64,000 nucleotides of DNA from Lentimicrobiaceae bacterium (GCA_037445555.1 JBBIKG010000017.1:2329-66328), one strand, 5' to 3'. Shown: positions 19,609 to 29,141, counted from the first letter of the stretch. Notes: generated from the sequence alone by a model not told the origin. A program made the numbers and translations.

Positions 19609-20210
19609 AAAAGCATATCATAACACTCGCAGTATTGGTTTGCATGTGCCTGACGTCCAAGGCACAAAATACCCCCACCCAGCTTGATGAAGCGCTTATC
19701 GCCTACAAGGCAGGTAAGCTTCAGGATGCCCGGTTTGCCCTACAAGAGGCCTTAGATGAACTCGACAGAGTGATTGGAGCGGAAATTCTTCAACTTTTTC
19801 CACCGCAGCTGGGGAGCTTGAATGCCGAAAAGGGAAGCGACCAGGTAACTGGTGGCTCGAGTGGAATTGGCAGGATGGGATTTTTCGTCAGCCGTAACTA
19901 CAAGTCAGATTCCCATAACACAGCCAGCCTGCAAATTATTGGCGACTCTCCTGCACTTACTGGCATCAACGCCCTATTGGCTCTACCGGTTTTCGCTCCC
20001 GATCCAAATCAGAAACGTATCAGGGTTGGCAATTACCGTGGAATTCTCCGAAGGTCACAAACTGAAGAAGGGCTTTCTTCATGGGAGTGTCAAATTCCTT
20101 TCGGTAATTCGCTGTTGACTCTGCAATGCAGTGGTTCGATGGATGAAAAAGCTGTCACAGATATGGCCGCTATGATACCTATGGATAAAATTGCTGCCTG
20201 GCTTCAGTAA
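19605..20210 (+). CDS. Secreted hypothetical protein (paralog 2 of a tandem pair)
   Basis: Signal peptide MKKHIITLAVLVCMCLTSKAQ. ATGA start/stop overlap with the upstream ORF, and the sequence is alignable to it along most of its length. Confidence 0.6.
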   Translation: MKKHIITLAVLVCMCLTSKAQNTPTQLDEALIAYKAGKLQDARFALQEALDELDRVIGAEILQLFPPQLGSLNAEKGSDQVTGGSSGIGRMGFFVSRNYKSDSHNTASLQIIGDSPALTGINALLALPVFAPDPNQKRIRVGNYRGILRRSQTEEGLSSWECQIPFGNSLLTLQCSGSMDEKAVTDMAAMIPMDKIAAWLQ

Positions 20211-20239
20211 TCAACACGGAAAAGTATTTAGTTTCAGGA

Positions 20240-21214
20240 ATGATTAACCGGCATTCAGATGTCAGCATGGAGCTACTGTTTCCGGCCGAATGGAATACCT
20301 GGAAGGCAGAACTGGAACATTGTATGGCATGCCCAAGGCAATGCGGGGTGAATCGTTTCTATGAAACAGGCTATTGCAAAACTGACGCCTGGTGTAATAT
20401 TAGCAGCATTTGTGTGCACCGGGGCGAAGAACCATCGGTTAGCGGCCCGGGGGGCATTTGCAATGTTTTTTTTACTCACTGCAATCTTCAGTGTCTGTAT
20501 TGTCAGAATCATCAGATCAGCAGGCTCAATGAGGCTAAACAAGGCACGCGGATATCCTTGGCAGATACAACCCGGCATATAATTTCTTTGCTGGATTCAG
20601 GATGCCGGGGGGTAGGGTTCGTCAGCCCCGGCCACCAGCTAGTCCAAATGAAAGCGATCATCAGGGCAATCAGGCACGCCGGGCGCAACCCGGTTTTTGT
20701 GTATAATTCCAATGGATACGACACGGCAGATACATTGCGCTCACTTGAAGGGCTTATTGATGTATTTCTGCCTGATTTCAAATATATAGATGATAATCTT
20801 GCACTCCGTTGGTCAGATGCTTCAAATTATGCAGAAGTGGCTAAATCCGCCTTGCGTGAGATGTTTCGTCAGAAAGGATCATCGGTTGTTTTCGGAGACG
20901 ATGGCCTGGCAGAGTCGGGGCTAATCATCAGACACCTTGTTTTGCCCGGACAGGTGCAGAACAGCATTGATGTGCTGCAGTTTATAGCCGAAGAATTGTC
21001 GCCAAGAGTGTATGTTTCGCTTATGTCGCAATACTACCCGACCTCATTGGTAACAAAACACCCCGAATTATCGAGGCGGATTTACGTGAAAGAATATGAC
21101 AGGGTGCGTAGCAAAATGCAGGAATTAGGCATGTTTCGTGGCTGGGTACAGGAGCTCGCCAGCCATAGTCACTATCGCCCCGATTTCGGACAGGATCATC
21201 CGTTCGAACACTAA
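20240..21214 (+). CDS. Radical SAM protein, PflX-like (COG1313-type, PFL-activase homolog)
   Basis: CxxxCxxC cluster motif (FTHCNLQCLYCQN) preceded by an N-terminal Cys motif CMACPRQCGVNR. Family-typical segments FLPDFKY, RHLVLPG and SLMSQYYP. Confidence 0.85.
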   Translation: MINRHSDVSMELLFPAEWNTWKAELEHCMACPRQCGVNRFYETGYCKTDAWCNISSICVHRGEEPSVSGPGGICNVFFTHCNLQCLYCQNHQISRLNEAKQGTRISLADTTRHIISLLDSGCRGVGFVSPGHQLVQMKAIIRAIRHAGRNPVFVYNSNGYDTADTLRSLEGLIDVFLPDFKYIDDNLALRWSDASNYAEVAKSALREMFRQKGSSVVFGDDGLAESGLIIRHLVLPGQVQNSIDVLQFIAEELSPRVYVSLMSQYYPTSLVTKHPELSRRIYVKEYDRVRSKMQELGMFRGWVQELASHSHYRPDFGQDHPFEH

Positions 21215-21687
21215 TAAGGAATTTTCTGAGAACTATTAACCCAGGCTTCAAAGGGCATCAGGGAGCCGGAATGATTTATGTGCCTGGTGAATATTTTTCT
21301 GCGCTCAGGCGGTGTATTGATTTCTTCGTAAATCATCTCATCGTCAAAACCGGCTTCAGCCGCCTGCTGGCGTGATGCGGCAAAAAATAAAGCTTCGGGG
21401 CGGGCCCAGTAAATTGCTCCAAGACACATGGGGCAAGGTTCACAGCTTGAATATATATCACAACCGTGTAGCTCAAAATCACCGAGCTGAAAACACGCTT
21501 CCCTGATGGCAGTAATCTCGGCGTGAGCCGTGGGGTCCGTTGCACATGTAACCTTATTTACGCCCCTGGATATTACCCGGCCTTCTTTCACGACTAAAGC
21601 ACCAAATGGACCTCCTTTGCCTGAAACAACGTTGTCCGTGGCAATATCTATGGCCATCTGCATGAAATCTTTGTTAAATTCTCCCAT
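21211..21687 (-). CDS. guaD: Guanine deaminase of the small CDA-fold type (nucleoside/nucleotide deaminase family)
   Basis: Zinc motifs HAE (TAHAEITAIREA) and PCPMC (SCEPCPMCLGAIYWARP). By recollection, near full-length resemblance to Bacillus subtilis GuaD, including AAEAGFDD and the short C-terminal tail. 158 aa. Confidence 0.8.
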   Translation of the reverse strand: MGEFNKDFMQMAIDIATDNVVSGKGGPFGALVVKEGRVISRGVNKVTCATDPTAHAEITAIREACFQLGDFELHGCDIYSSCEPCPMCLGAIYWARPEALFFAASRQQAAEAGFDDEMIYEEINTPPERRKIFTRHINHSGSLMPFEAWVNSSQKIPY

Positions 21688-21688
21688 T

Positions 21689-22399
21689 TTATTTTACTTT
21701 CAAAAAGTCATTATTCTCGCCGTAAGTAGTCCATTTTCCACGAAATCCTTTTTTGGTGGTTGCAGGTCTGAGTATTTCAAGAAACCCACGCCTCGACAAC
21801 CTGACTGCTCCTAGGCTAAGAAGGTGGTCGTTATCTTGCTGAACATCAATAAAATCAAAGCCAAAAGAGATTAAAAGACTGCAAAGATACACCAATGCAA
21901 CTTTTGAGGCATCATTCTCCAATGCAAACATCGATTCACCGGCAAACATCTTTCCAATGCTGACCCCATACAATCCACCGATCAATTCTCCATCGCGATA
22001 AGTCTCAAATGAATGCGCATAGCCGCTTTCATGCAGGTTGACATATGCTCGGATCATTTCATTAGTTATCCATGTTCCTTCTTGCTGACGAGTTCCGGCA
22101 TGCGCACAATGAAGCATTACTGTTTCAAAACAGTTATCAACTCTTACGTTGTATGAGTTTTCCCGTAATTTTTTCCTGAGGCTTTTGGATAGTTTTAGGT
22201 CCTGTGGAAAAAGTATGGCCCGCGGATCGGGCGACCACCAAAGAATCGGATCCCTGCCCATGTACCATGGAAATATTCCTGACGAATATGCCAAAAGCAA
22301 GCGCTCAATAGTCAAATCGCCTCCTATAGCTACCAATCCATCTGCATCGGCTGACATGGGGTCTGGAAAACTCAACTCGCGATCGAGAAGTACAATCAT
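21689..22399 (-). CDS. aat: Leucyl/phenylalanyl-tRNA--protein transferase
   Basis: Family-typical segments DGLVAIGGDLTIERLLLAYSSGIFPW, WWSPDPR and GESMF. I use the internal ATG (MIVLLDRELSFPDP) at 22399, which removes the overlap with the upstream gene. 1-nt spacing to guaD. Confidence 0.85.
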   Translation of the reverse strand: MIVLLDRELSFPDPMSADADGLVAIGGDLTIERLLLAYSSGIFPWYMGRDPILWWSPDPRAILFPQDLKLSKSLRKKLRENSYNVRVDNCFETVMLHCAHAGTRQQEGTWITNEMIRAYVNLHESGYAHSFETYRDGELIGGLYGVSIGKMFAGESMFALENDASKVALVYLCSLLISFGFDFIDVQQDNDHLLSLGAVRLSRRGFLEILRPATTKKGFRGKWTTYGENNDFLKVK

Positions 22400-22412
22400 T
22401 ATGAATACCTTT

Positions 22413-23603
22413 CTATTGAACCGAATAAATGGCTTGAGCCAGTAATTCAGCAGCACAGTTTGCTTCCTCTTTAGTCATGGTAAGCGGGGGCGCAATTCGA
22501 AGCGCGCTTTGTCTGAAAAGAAACCAATCTGTAAGCAATCCAAGCTCGAGGCATTTATTTATGACCGCCATGTTTGTTTCGGCATCTTTGAATTCTATAG
22601 CCATCAGCAGGCCTTTATACCTGATTTCCTGTATTAACGCCAACCCATCCAGCTTCTGGATAAATACCTCTGCAATCAATTCGGCTTGCAGATGAAGCTG
22701 TTGTCCGTGTATGATTTCGAGGTTGGCTAATGCAGCAGCACAACTTAGTGGATGTCCGCCAAATGTTGTGATGTGGCCCAGTGCAGGTGAATGACTCAGG
22801 CAATTCATAGTATGCTTTCCGGCGATGAATGCTCCCAAAGGAAGCCCTCCGCCAAATGCTTTTGCCAGCAACAGCACATCCGGTACAATTCCATATTGCT
22901 CAAAGGCAAAAAGAGTGCCGGTGCGTCCAAGTCCGGTCTGTATTTCGTCAAATATGAGTAAAGCGCCAGTTTCGTTGCACCGTTGGCGCAGCCTGAGAAT
23001 AAAATCGAGCTGAGCGGGAATCACACCTGCCTCGCCCTGAACCGGCTCTATGATGACACAAGCTGTATCTGTAGAAATTTGGTGCAGGTCAGCTGTGCAG
23101 TTAAAGCTAAGTTGCCTGATCATAGGTAGCAACGGGCGGAATTTTTGCTTCAGGTGTTCTTTGCCCATCACACTCAGGGCGCCGTGCGAAGATCCGTGGT
23201 AGGCATTCCCGAAAGACACAATTTCGGTGCGACCGCTGAACCGCTTGGCCAATTTCAGTGCACCCTCAACCGCCTCACTGCCCGAATTGACAAAAAAAAC
23301 GGAGTCAAGACCTGGTGGCAGCAGTGCACAGAGTGCTTCGGCCAATCGAGCCTGCGACGACTGAACCAATTCACCGTAAACCATCACGTGCAGGTGTTTT
23401 GCAAGCTGCGATTCAATGGCTTTAATAACGGCTGGATGCCGGTGTCCGGTGCTGCTTACAGCTATACCTGAGAGGAGGTCAATATATTTCTTGCCGGTAG
23501 TGTCAGTCAGATAAATTCCTTCGGCATAGTCAATTTCAATGGCCAGAGGGCTGGATGATGTTTGCGCCAGATAGCTGAAAAACAAATCCTTGTCATACCT
23601 CAT
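22413..23603 (-). CDS. Class-III PLP aminotransferase (acetylornithine/ornithine aminotransferase-like)
   Basis: Motifs NSGSEAVEGALKLAK, FDEIQTGLGRTG and the PLP-lysine region LLAKAFGGGLPLGA. 396 aa. Confidence 0.88.
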   Translation of the reverse strand: MRYDKDLFFSYLAQTSSSPLAIEIDYAEGIYLTDTTGKKYIDLLSGIAVSSTGHRHPAVIKAIESQLAKHLHVMVYGELVQSSQARLAEALCALLPPGLDSVFFVNSGSEAVEGALKLAKRFSGRTEIVSFGNAYHGSSHGALSVMGKEHLKQKFRPLLPMIRQLSFNCTADLHQISTDTACVIIEPVQGEAGVIPAQLDFILRLRQRCNETGALLIFDEIQTGLGRTGTLFAFEQYGIVPDVLLLAKAFGGGLPLGAFIAGKHTMNCLSHSPALGHITTFGGHPLSCAAALANLEIIHGQQLHLQAELIAEVFIQKLDGLALIQEIRYKGLLMAIEFKDAETNMAVINKCLELGLLTDWFLFRQSALRIAPPLTMTKEEANCAAELLAQAIYSVQ

Positions 23604-23731
23604 ACCATCGTTGGATTAGATTCATGCAAAGATAATGTTTATCTGTGTGGAACGGCATAAATGTATGTCGACGAAAGGTTGCGTGCGGAAAATATACGTA
23701 TCATTGCATACGCTTGAACATTCAGGACCAG

Positions 23732-24553
23732 ATGATGCAGGTATTCAGGGATAAGGTGGTAATCGTGACCGGAGCCTCCTCGGGAATTGGCAAGGCGTTG
23801 GTTGAGGCATTTGCGTCACAGAACGCACGCATCGTGATGGCTGCTCGGGATTTCTATGCCATGAAAACCATTGCTTCATCGCTGCCAGTGTCTGAGAATA
23901 ATGTACTGGTAATTCAGACAGACGTGACGAAAGAAAGCGACTGCCAGCGCCTGATTGCCACTACTGTTGAACGTTTTGGGCGTATCGATGTCATGATTAA
24001 TAATGCAGGAATCAGTATGAGAGCGCTTTTTGCCGATTTGCACCTAGATGTACTCAGGAGGGTGATGGACGTCAATTTCTGGGGAACCGTGCACTGCACC
24101 AAATATGCCTTGCCATACCTGCTCAGGACAAAAGGTTCGGTAGTTGGGATCCTCTCCATCGCAGGGCACGTCGGGCTTCCGGGTCGAACAGGCTACAGCG
24201 CCTCCAAATTTGCTGTCCGAGGGTTTCTTGATGCCCTCAGGACAGAGAATCTCAAGAAAGAACTTCATGTGCTAACTGTTTCACCCGGATTCACAGCATC
24301 AAATATCCGCAATGTAGCACTTAATGCAAATGGAGCCGCCCAGGGAGAAAGCCCACGCAACGAGAAAAATATGATGGTTTCTGAAGAGGTCGCACAGCGC
24401 ACTCTGCATGCTATTGCCCAACGAAAAAACTCTTTAATTCTAACTTGCAGAGAAGGAAAACTCACCGTTTGGCTGAATAAGTTCTTTCCACGGCTTGTTT
24501 CCCGCCTGGCGTACAATCATCTTGCTTCCGAACCCAATTCACCTTTTCAATAA
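23732..24553 (+). CDS. SDR-family oxidoreductase
   Basis: TGASSGIG cofactor motif, NNAG, and the YSASK catalytic motif. I use the ATG at 23732 (MMQVFRDKVVIVTGASSGIG) rather than the long track N-terminus. Confidence 0.85.
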   Translation: MMQVFRDKVVIVTGASSGIGKALVEAFASQNARIVMAARDFYAMKTIASSLPVSENNVLVIQTDVTKESDCQRLIATTVERFGRIDVMINNAGISMRALFADLHLDVLRRVMDVNFWGTVHCTKYALPYLLRTKGSVVGILSIAGHVGLPGRTGYSASKFAVRGFLDALRTENLKKELHVLTVSPGFTASNIRNVALNANGAAQGESPRNEKNMMVSEEVAQRTLHAIAQRKNSLILTCREGKLTVWLNKFFPRLVSRLAYNHLASEPNSPFQ

Positions 24554-24578
24554 ATCCCGTTATAAATCTATTTAACAC

Positions 24579-25037
24579 ATGAACATCCCTAAATTTGTAA
24601 TCGGCTTGCATCAGGGCATGGATACCCTGGAATTTGGTGTATCCATTGCCCGGGCGAAGGAAATACTCGGCGAACCGTCAGAAATAGAAGTGTTGGATAA
24701 ACTCGATGATGACGAACTCAATACGCAACTCTTCTACTATAATGACCTGGGTCTTACCGTTTTCTTCGAGGGCGACGGGGAACCCATTCTCTCCTGTTTC
24801 GAGACGGATAATGCGGATACCACCCTGTTCGGACTTAAGATCTTTGCTCTTACGGAAGCTCAGATCATACAGCTCATGAACGAGCACGGCTTTATTGACA
24901 TCGACTCCGAAGTTGAAGAATGGGGTGAAAAACGTGTGTCGTTTGATGATGCGCTCATCGACTTCTATTTCGAAAACGATAAACTGACAACGGTCAACTG
25001 GGGCATAGTGATCGGCGACGACGAGGAAGACTGGTAG
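24579..25037 (+). CDS. Hypothetical acidic cytoplasmic protein (152 aa)
   Basis: Clean ORF with an ATG start and no signal peptide, strongly acidic with a C-terminal DDEEDW. No family recognised. Confidence 0.55.
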   Translation: MNIPKFVIGLHQGMDTLEFGVSIARAKEILGEPSEIEVLDKLDDDELNTQLFYYNDLGLTVFFEGDGEPILSCFETDNADTTLFGLKIFALTEAQIIQLMNEHGFIDIDSEVEEWGEKRVSFDDALIDFYFENDKLTTVNWGIVIGDDEEDW

Positions 25038-25041
25038 CCTG

Positions 25042-25947
25042 TTACCCTTTCCTTGCCCGTGGGTGGTATTCGAGAATCACGCTTCGCAGGTATTGTTTGT
25101 CGAGGTGTGTGTATATTTCGGTAGTCACAATAGACTCATGCCCAAGCATTTCCTGAACAGCTCTCAGATCTGCGCCACCTTCAATCAGGTGGGTGGCGAA
25201 TGAATGCCTGAGAGTATGTGGACTGATTACTTTCCTTAACCCGGCGCGGGCGGCAAGCTGCCGGAGGATGGTAAATATCATCACCCTGCTCAAATTCTTC
25301 CCATTCTTGTTCAGGAAAATAATATCCTCGAATCCTTTCTTTGCTGTGGTGTGAGGCCTGGTGTAAAGAAAATAATCCTTCAGGCTTTTCAGGGCTTCAC
25401 TGCCGATGGGTACCAGGCGTTGTTTGTTTCCTTTTCCGGTAATACGTACAAAGCCTTCATCAAAGTATATGTCAGATATTTTGAGTGTTATGAGTTCAGT
25501 TACCCTAAGTCCGCAACCATAAAGCGTTTCCAGTATCGCCTTGTTTCGTTCTCCTTCGGGTTTACTCTTGTCGATGGCTGCCAATAGACGATCTATCTCA
25601 TGCACATTGAGCACCTCGGGCAGGTGGCGGCTGGTTTTCGGAAGGTCAAGCCGCTGAGAGGGATCGGTTGAAATTTGATTCTCAAGCAAAAGAAAACGGA
25701 AGAATGATCGCAGACCTGAAATGATTCTGGCCTGCGAGGCAGGACTGATGCCCGGTACCTGCAGCCACTCAACAAACGTTCGCAGGTTTCCGATAGTTAC
25801 CTGCTCTGGGCTGATTGCAGGATCCTGATCCTCTAAATATTTCAGAAGCTTGCCGAGGTCGCGGACATAGCAATCCACGGTGTTGGGCGATAACGACCGC
25901 TCGATTTGGAGATACGATTTGTAATGTCTAACCTGATTTTCCCACAT
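25042..25947 (-). CDS. xerD: Site-specific tyrosine recombinase XerD/XerC type
   Basis: N-terminal SAM-like core-binding domain (YLQIERSLSPNTVDCYVRDL). Catalytic residues in their typical context (GLRVTEL, HTLRHSFATHL, LGHESIVTTEIYTH). Confidence 0.85.
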   Translation of the reverse strand: MWENQVRHYKSYLQIERSLSPNTVDCYVRDLGKLLKYLEDQDPAISPEQVTIGNLRTFVEWLQVPGISPASQARIISGLRSFFRFLLLENQISTDPSQRLDLPKTSRHLPEVLNVHEIDRLLAAIDKSKPEGERNKAILETLYGCGLRVTELITLKISDIYFDEGFVRITGKGNKQRLVPIGSEALKSLKDYFLYTRPHTTAKKGFEDIIFLNKNGKNLSRVMIFTILRQLAARAGLRKVISPHTLRHSFATHLIEGGADLRAVQEMLGHESIVTTEIYTHLDKQYLRSVILEYHPRARKG

Positions 25948-26046
25948 AAAACAGGCAGGAATTTAATTAATGGCAAAGGTTGTAAAAAGTAGGATGAAAT
26001 TATCCGCGTGTGACCATTGATTTGTTGGCTAATTAGAAGCATTTAG

Positions 26047-26054
26047 TACTTTTG
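26047..26054 (+). promoter_or_regulatory. -7 promoter box TACTTTTG upstream of the beta-CASP gene
   Basis: Exact TAnnTTTG match 44 nt upstream of the ATG at 26098. A TTTG at 26021-26024 could be the -33 element (22-nt spacing). Confidence 0.3.
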
Positions 26055-26097
26055 ATAGGTAAATTCAGTTAAAAAGCAACCCAAGCATTAAAGAAGA

Positions 26098-27501
26098 ATG
26101 AAAATTAAATTTCTAGGAGCCACACGTGAGGTTACCGGCAGTAAATTTCTCCTAACCACCGACTCAGGAAAACGGATCTTACTTGACTGCGGAATGTTTC
26201 AGGGCAAAGGACTTGAGACAGATGCAATGAACCGCAACCTTGGTTTTGAGCCATCACAGATCGACCACCTCATACTTACACATGCTCATATCGACCATTC
26301 AGGCCTAATACCGTATATCTACAAAGAAGGATTCCGAGGCTCGGTTATCTGCACCGACGCCACCCGCGATCTGTGCGCTATCATGCTGGCCGATAGCGGG
26401 CACATACAGGAAAGTGATGTACGCTGGTTTAACAAAAGACGCCTGGAAAAGGACTTACCTAGGGTAGAGCCGATTTATACCGAAAAAGAGGCCCGGCAGT
26501 GTATGGAGTTATTTATTGGCGTTTCGTATAACCGGAAGTTTTATATCAACGACTCCATCAAGGTAAGGTTTACAAATACAGGACACATGCTTGGCAGCTC
26601 CACAGCGCTTATTGAAATCACCGAAAAAGGCAAGACAGTGAAAATTGCCTATACAGGTGATATCGGCCGGCCAATGAATCGTATCCTGCAAAAGCCTCAG
26701 GCATTTCCACAATGCGATTACCTTATCACAGAATCAACTTATGGAAATCGCCTGCATCCGGCGTGGCAGGATGCAGAAGCAGAACTTTTTCGTGTGATCT
26801 ACGAAACATGCGTGGTAAAAGGGGGCAAACTCATCATTCCCTCATTCGCCGTTGGCCGCACCCAGGAGCTCGTGTACACCTTGAACAATTTCTTCAATCA
26901 AGGCCGTCTTCCAAAAATTCATATCTATGTTGATAGTCCGCTTGCAGTGAACGCTACCGAAATATTCAGGCTGCACACTGATAATCTAAACGAGGATGTT
27001 CGGAATGTAATGCTCAACGATCCCGATCCCTTCGGTTTTGCTTCGTTACGATATATTCGTTCAGCCGAAGAATCGAAAAAGCTGAATTCCATTACTCAGC
27101 CATGTATTATCATATCCGCATCGGGCATGATGGAAGCAGGGCGCATTAAGCATCATATTGCCAATAATATTGAAGAGCCTACAAATACCATACTCTCAGT
27201 TGGTTATTGCGCACCTGCAACCCTGGGAGCAAAAATACTTAGCGGGGCTGATGAGGTTTCCATTTTTGGGGTAAAGCATCCTGTTAGGGCCAGTATTAAG
27301 CAGATTGAAGCTTTCTCGGGTCATGGCGACTTCCGAGAGATGATGAGTTTCTTAAGCTGCCAGGATAAGAGCCTTGTTAAACAAGTATTTCTGGTTCATG
27401 GCGAACTCGCTTCTCAGGAATACTACAGGGAACAACTTCGTAAGGACGGGTTCAGGCACATTATCATACCCGAAGTTGGTAATGAATTTGAGTTATCCTG
27501 A
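26098..27501 (+). CDS. MBL-fold / beta-CASP ribonuclease-type hydrolase (RNA-metabolising metallo-beta-lactamase)
   Basis: HxHxDH motif (THAHIDHSG), a beta-CASP segment and the C-terminal SGHGD motif. 467 aa. Confidence 0.85.
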   Translation: MKIKFLGATREVTGSKFLLTTDSGKRILLDCGMFQGKGLETDAMNRNLGFEPSQIDHLILTHAHIDHSGLIPYIYKEGFRGSVICTDATRDLCAIMLADSGHIQESDVRWFNKRRLEKDLPRVEPIYTEKEARQCMELFIGVSYNRKFYINDSIKVRFTNTGHMLGSSTALIEITEKGKTVKIAYTGDIGRPMNRILQKPQAFPQCDYLITESTYGNRLHPAWQDAEAELFRVIYETCVVKGGKLIIPSFAVGRTQELVYTLNNFFNQGRLPKIHIYVDSPLAVNATEIFRLHTDNLNEDVRNVMLNDPDPFGFASLRYIRSAEESKKLNSITQPCIIISASGMMEAGRIKHHIANNIEEPTNTILSVGYCAPATLGAKILSGADEVSIFGVKHPVRASIKQIEAFSGHGDFREMMSFLSCQDKSLVKQVFLVHGELASQEYYREQLRKDGFRHIIIPEVGNEFELS

Positions 27502-27571
27502 GACAGTTCGGCGTTTGGCACAGGCAGCAAGGTCCGATTTTTATCCGGAAAATAAAAATCTTCGCACAGGC

Positions 27572-27602
27572 TTTGTTACTTTCGTAATTATTACTAATTT
27601 TG
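27572..27602 (+). promoter_or_regulatory. Bacteroidota sigma-A type promoter of rpmG (-33 TTTG at 27572-27575; -7 TAATTTTG at 27595-27602)
   Basis: Both elements match the consensus with 19-nt spacing. The -7 box ends 30 nt upstream of the rpmG ATG. Confidence 0.45.
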
Positions 27603-27632
27603 CAGCCCTTAAAATCGAAAGAGACCCAGATC

Positions 27633-27821
27633 ATGGCAAAGAAAACCAAAGAAGCACGGATACAGGTAATTATGGAGTGCACTGAGCACAAAACAAGCGG
27701 AATGCCAGGCACCTCGCGTTATGTTACCACCAAAAATAAAAAGAACACCCCCGAAAGGCTAGAGTTGAAAAAATACAACCCCATCCTTAAGAAAGTAACC
27801 GTTCACAAAGAAATTAAATAA
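27633..27821 (+). CDS. rpmG: 50S ribosomal protein L33
   Basis: [62 protein letters not shown] is a typical L33. I use the ATG at 27633 within the longer track ORF. Confidence 0.92.
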   Translation: MAKKTKEARIQVIMECTEHKTSGMPGTSRYVTTKNKKNTPERLELKKYNPILKKVTVHKEIK

Positions 27822-27830
27822 CAAAGCATC

Positions 27831-27986
27831 ATGGCAAAGAAAACCGTTGCAACTCTCAGAACCTCATCGGGCAAAGATTTTGCCAAGGTCATACGTATGA
27901 TAAAATCACCAAAAACCGGTGCTTATACGTTTAAGGAAACCATTGTTCCAAACGACCAGGTAAAAGAGTTCCTGGCTAAACAATAA
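27831..27986 (+). CDS. DUF4295-family mini-protein (51 aa), below the ORF-track length cutoff
   Basis: My own translation of 27831-27986 is MAKKTVATLRTSSGKDFAKVIRMIKSPKTGAYTFKETIVPNDQVKEFLAKQ. The position directly after rpmG is typical for this Bacteroidota family, and a strong terminator follows. Confidence 0.75.
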   Translation: MAKKTVATLRTSSGKDFAKVIRMIKSPKTGAYTFKETIVPNDQVKEFLAKQ

Positions 27987-28014
27987 ATCTTGCCACGAAT
28001 TGCTGGCAACCGGA

Positions 28015-28045
28015 GCTCTTTCCACCAACGGAAAGGGCTTTTTTT
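28015..28045 (+). terminator. Rho-independent terminator of the rpmG-DUF4295 unit
   Basis: 9-bp stem GCTCTTTCC/GGAAAGGGC (one mismatch), 6-nt loop ACCAAC, followed by a run of seven T (28039-28045). Confidence 0.6.
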
Positions 28046-28154
28046 ATAGATAGAAATGTCAATCAATTATACCATTCCGTACCGTCCAGATCTTACTATC
28101 TGTACAAACTTTAGAGTATCTTAGCACTTAAAATCATTTCTAGAGAGAATAATC

Positions 28155-29111
28155 ATGGGTTTTTTTTCGTTTCTCAACCGCGATAAAAAAGAATCACTCG
28201 ACCAGGGCCTTGAAAAGACCAGGACCAGTATTTTCGGCAAGCTAACCCGGGCCATTGCCGGACGCTCAACCGTTGACGAATCTTTTCTTGACGAACTTGA
28301 AGAAATCCTGATTACCTCTGATGTCGGGGTCGAAACCACCCTCCGGATCATCGAACGGCTGCAGAAAAGAGTAGGCCGCGATAAATATATGAATGCCTCA
28401 GAACTAAACCTGATCCTTCGTGATGAGGTAGCCGCCATGCTTGAAGAAACATCTGATCAGGTGCAAATGGGTATCGGAATGTCTTCAGCCTCGACACCGT
28501 ATGTGATCATGGTGGTAGGCGTTAACGGGGTAGGGAAGACCACTACCATTGGCAAGCTTGCCTGGCACTACAAACAGGCCGGGAAATCGGTAATCCTTGG
28601 CGCTGCTGACACTTTCAGGGCAGCTGCCATAAGCCAGCTCGAAATCTGGGCAAACCGAGTTCAGGTACCTTTTGTAAGCACGCAAATGGGTAGCGACCCT
28701 GCGGCTGTCGCTTACGAAACCTTGCAAAAAGCTGTCTCTCAAAATATTGATGTGGCAATCATTGATACCGCCGGACGACTGCACAATAAAATCAATCTGA
28801 TGAACGAGTTGAGCAAGGTCAAACGGGTCATGCAAAAAGTTATTCCCGATGCACCCCACGAAGTAATACTGATTCTGGATGCATCGACTGGCCAAAACGC
28901 CATTGAGCAGGCCAAACAGTTCACCGCTGCTACTGAGGTCACTGCTTTGGCACTAACCAAGCTGGACGGCACAGCCAAAGGGGGGGTAGTGATTGGTATT
29001 TCCGATCAGCTGAAAATTCCTGTCAAATACATTGGTGTCGGCGAAAAACTTCAAGACTTGCAGGAGTTTGACCGCCGGGCTTTTGTTGACTCCTTATTTG
29101 ATGCTGAATAA
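28155..29111 (+). CDS. ftsY: Signal recognition particle receptor FtsY
   Basis: SRP-GTPase motifs GVNGVGKTTT, DTAGR and TKLDG, plus the N-domain. 318 aa. Confidence 0.93.
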   Translation: MGFFSFLNRDKKESLDQGLEKTRTSIFGKLTRAIAGRSTVDESFLDELEEILITSDVGVETTLRIIERLQKRVGRDKYMNASELNLILRDEVAAMLEETSDQVQMGIGMSSASTPYVIMVVGVNGVGKTTTIGKLAWHYKQAGKSVILGAADTFRAAAISQLEIWANRVQVPFVSTQMGSDPAAVAYETLQKAVSQNIDVAIIDTAGRLHNKINLMNELSKVKRVMQKVIPDAPHEVILILDASTGQNAIEQAKQFTAATEVTALALTKLDGTAKGGVVIGISDQLKIPVKYIGVGEKLQDLQEFDRRAFVDSLFDAE

Positions 29112-29141
29112 TAACCACTTTGCTGCTACTATTTGTTGATT

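Noticed and set aside
24579-25037. The acidic 152-aa protein next to xerD as a toxin-immunity or anti-defence protein
   Set aside because: No toxin-like partner, mobile element context or recognisable immunity-family motif is visible, so acidity alone is insufficient.
25042-25947. The tyrosine recombinase as a marker of an integrated mobile element
   Set aside because: The sequence has the XerD/XerC-type N-terminal domain and catalytic region. Its neighbours are housekeeping or hypothetical genes, and I see no tRNA, direct repeats, phage, conjugation or transposition genes nearby.
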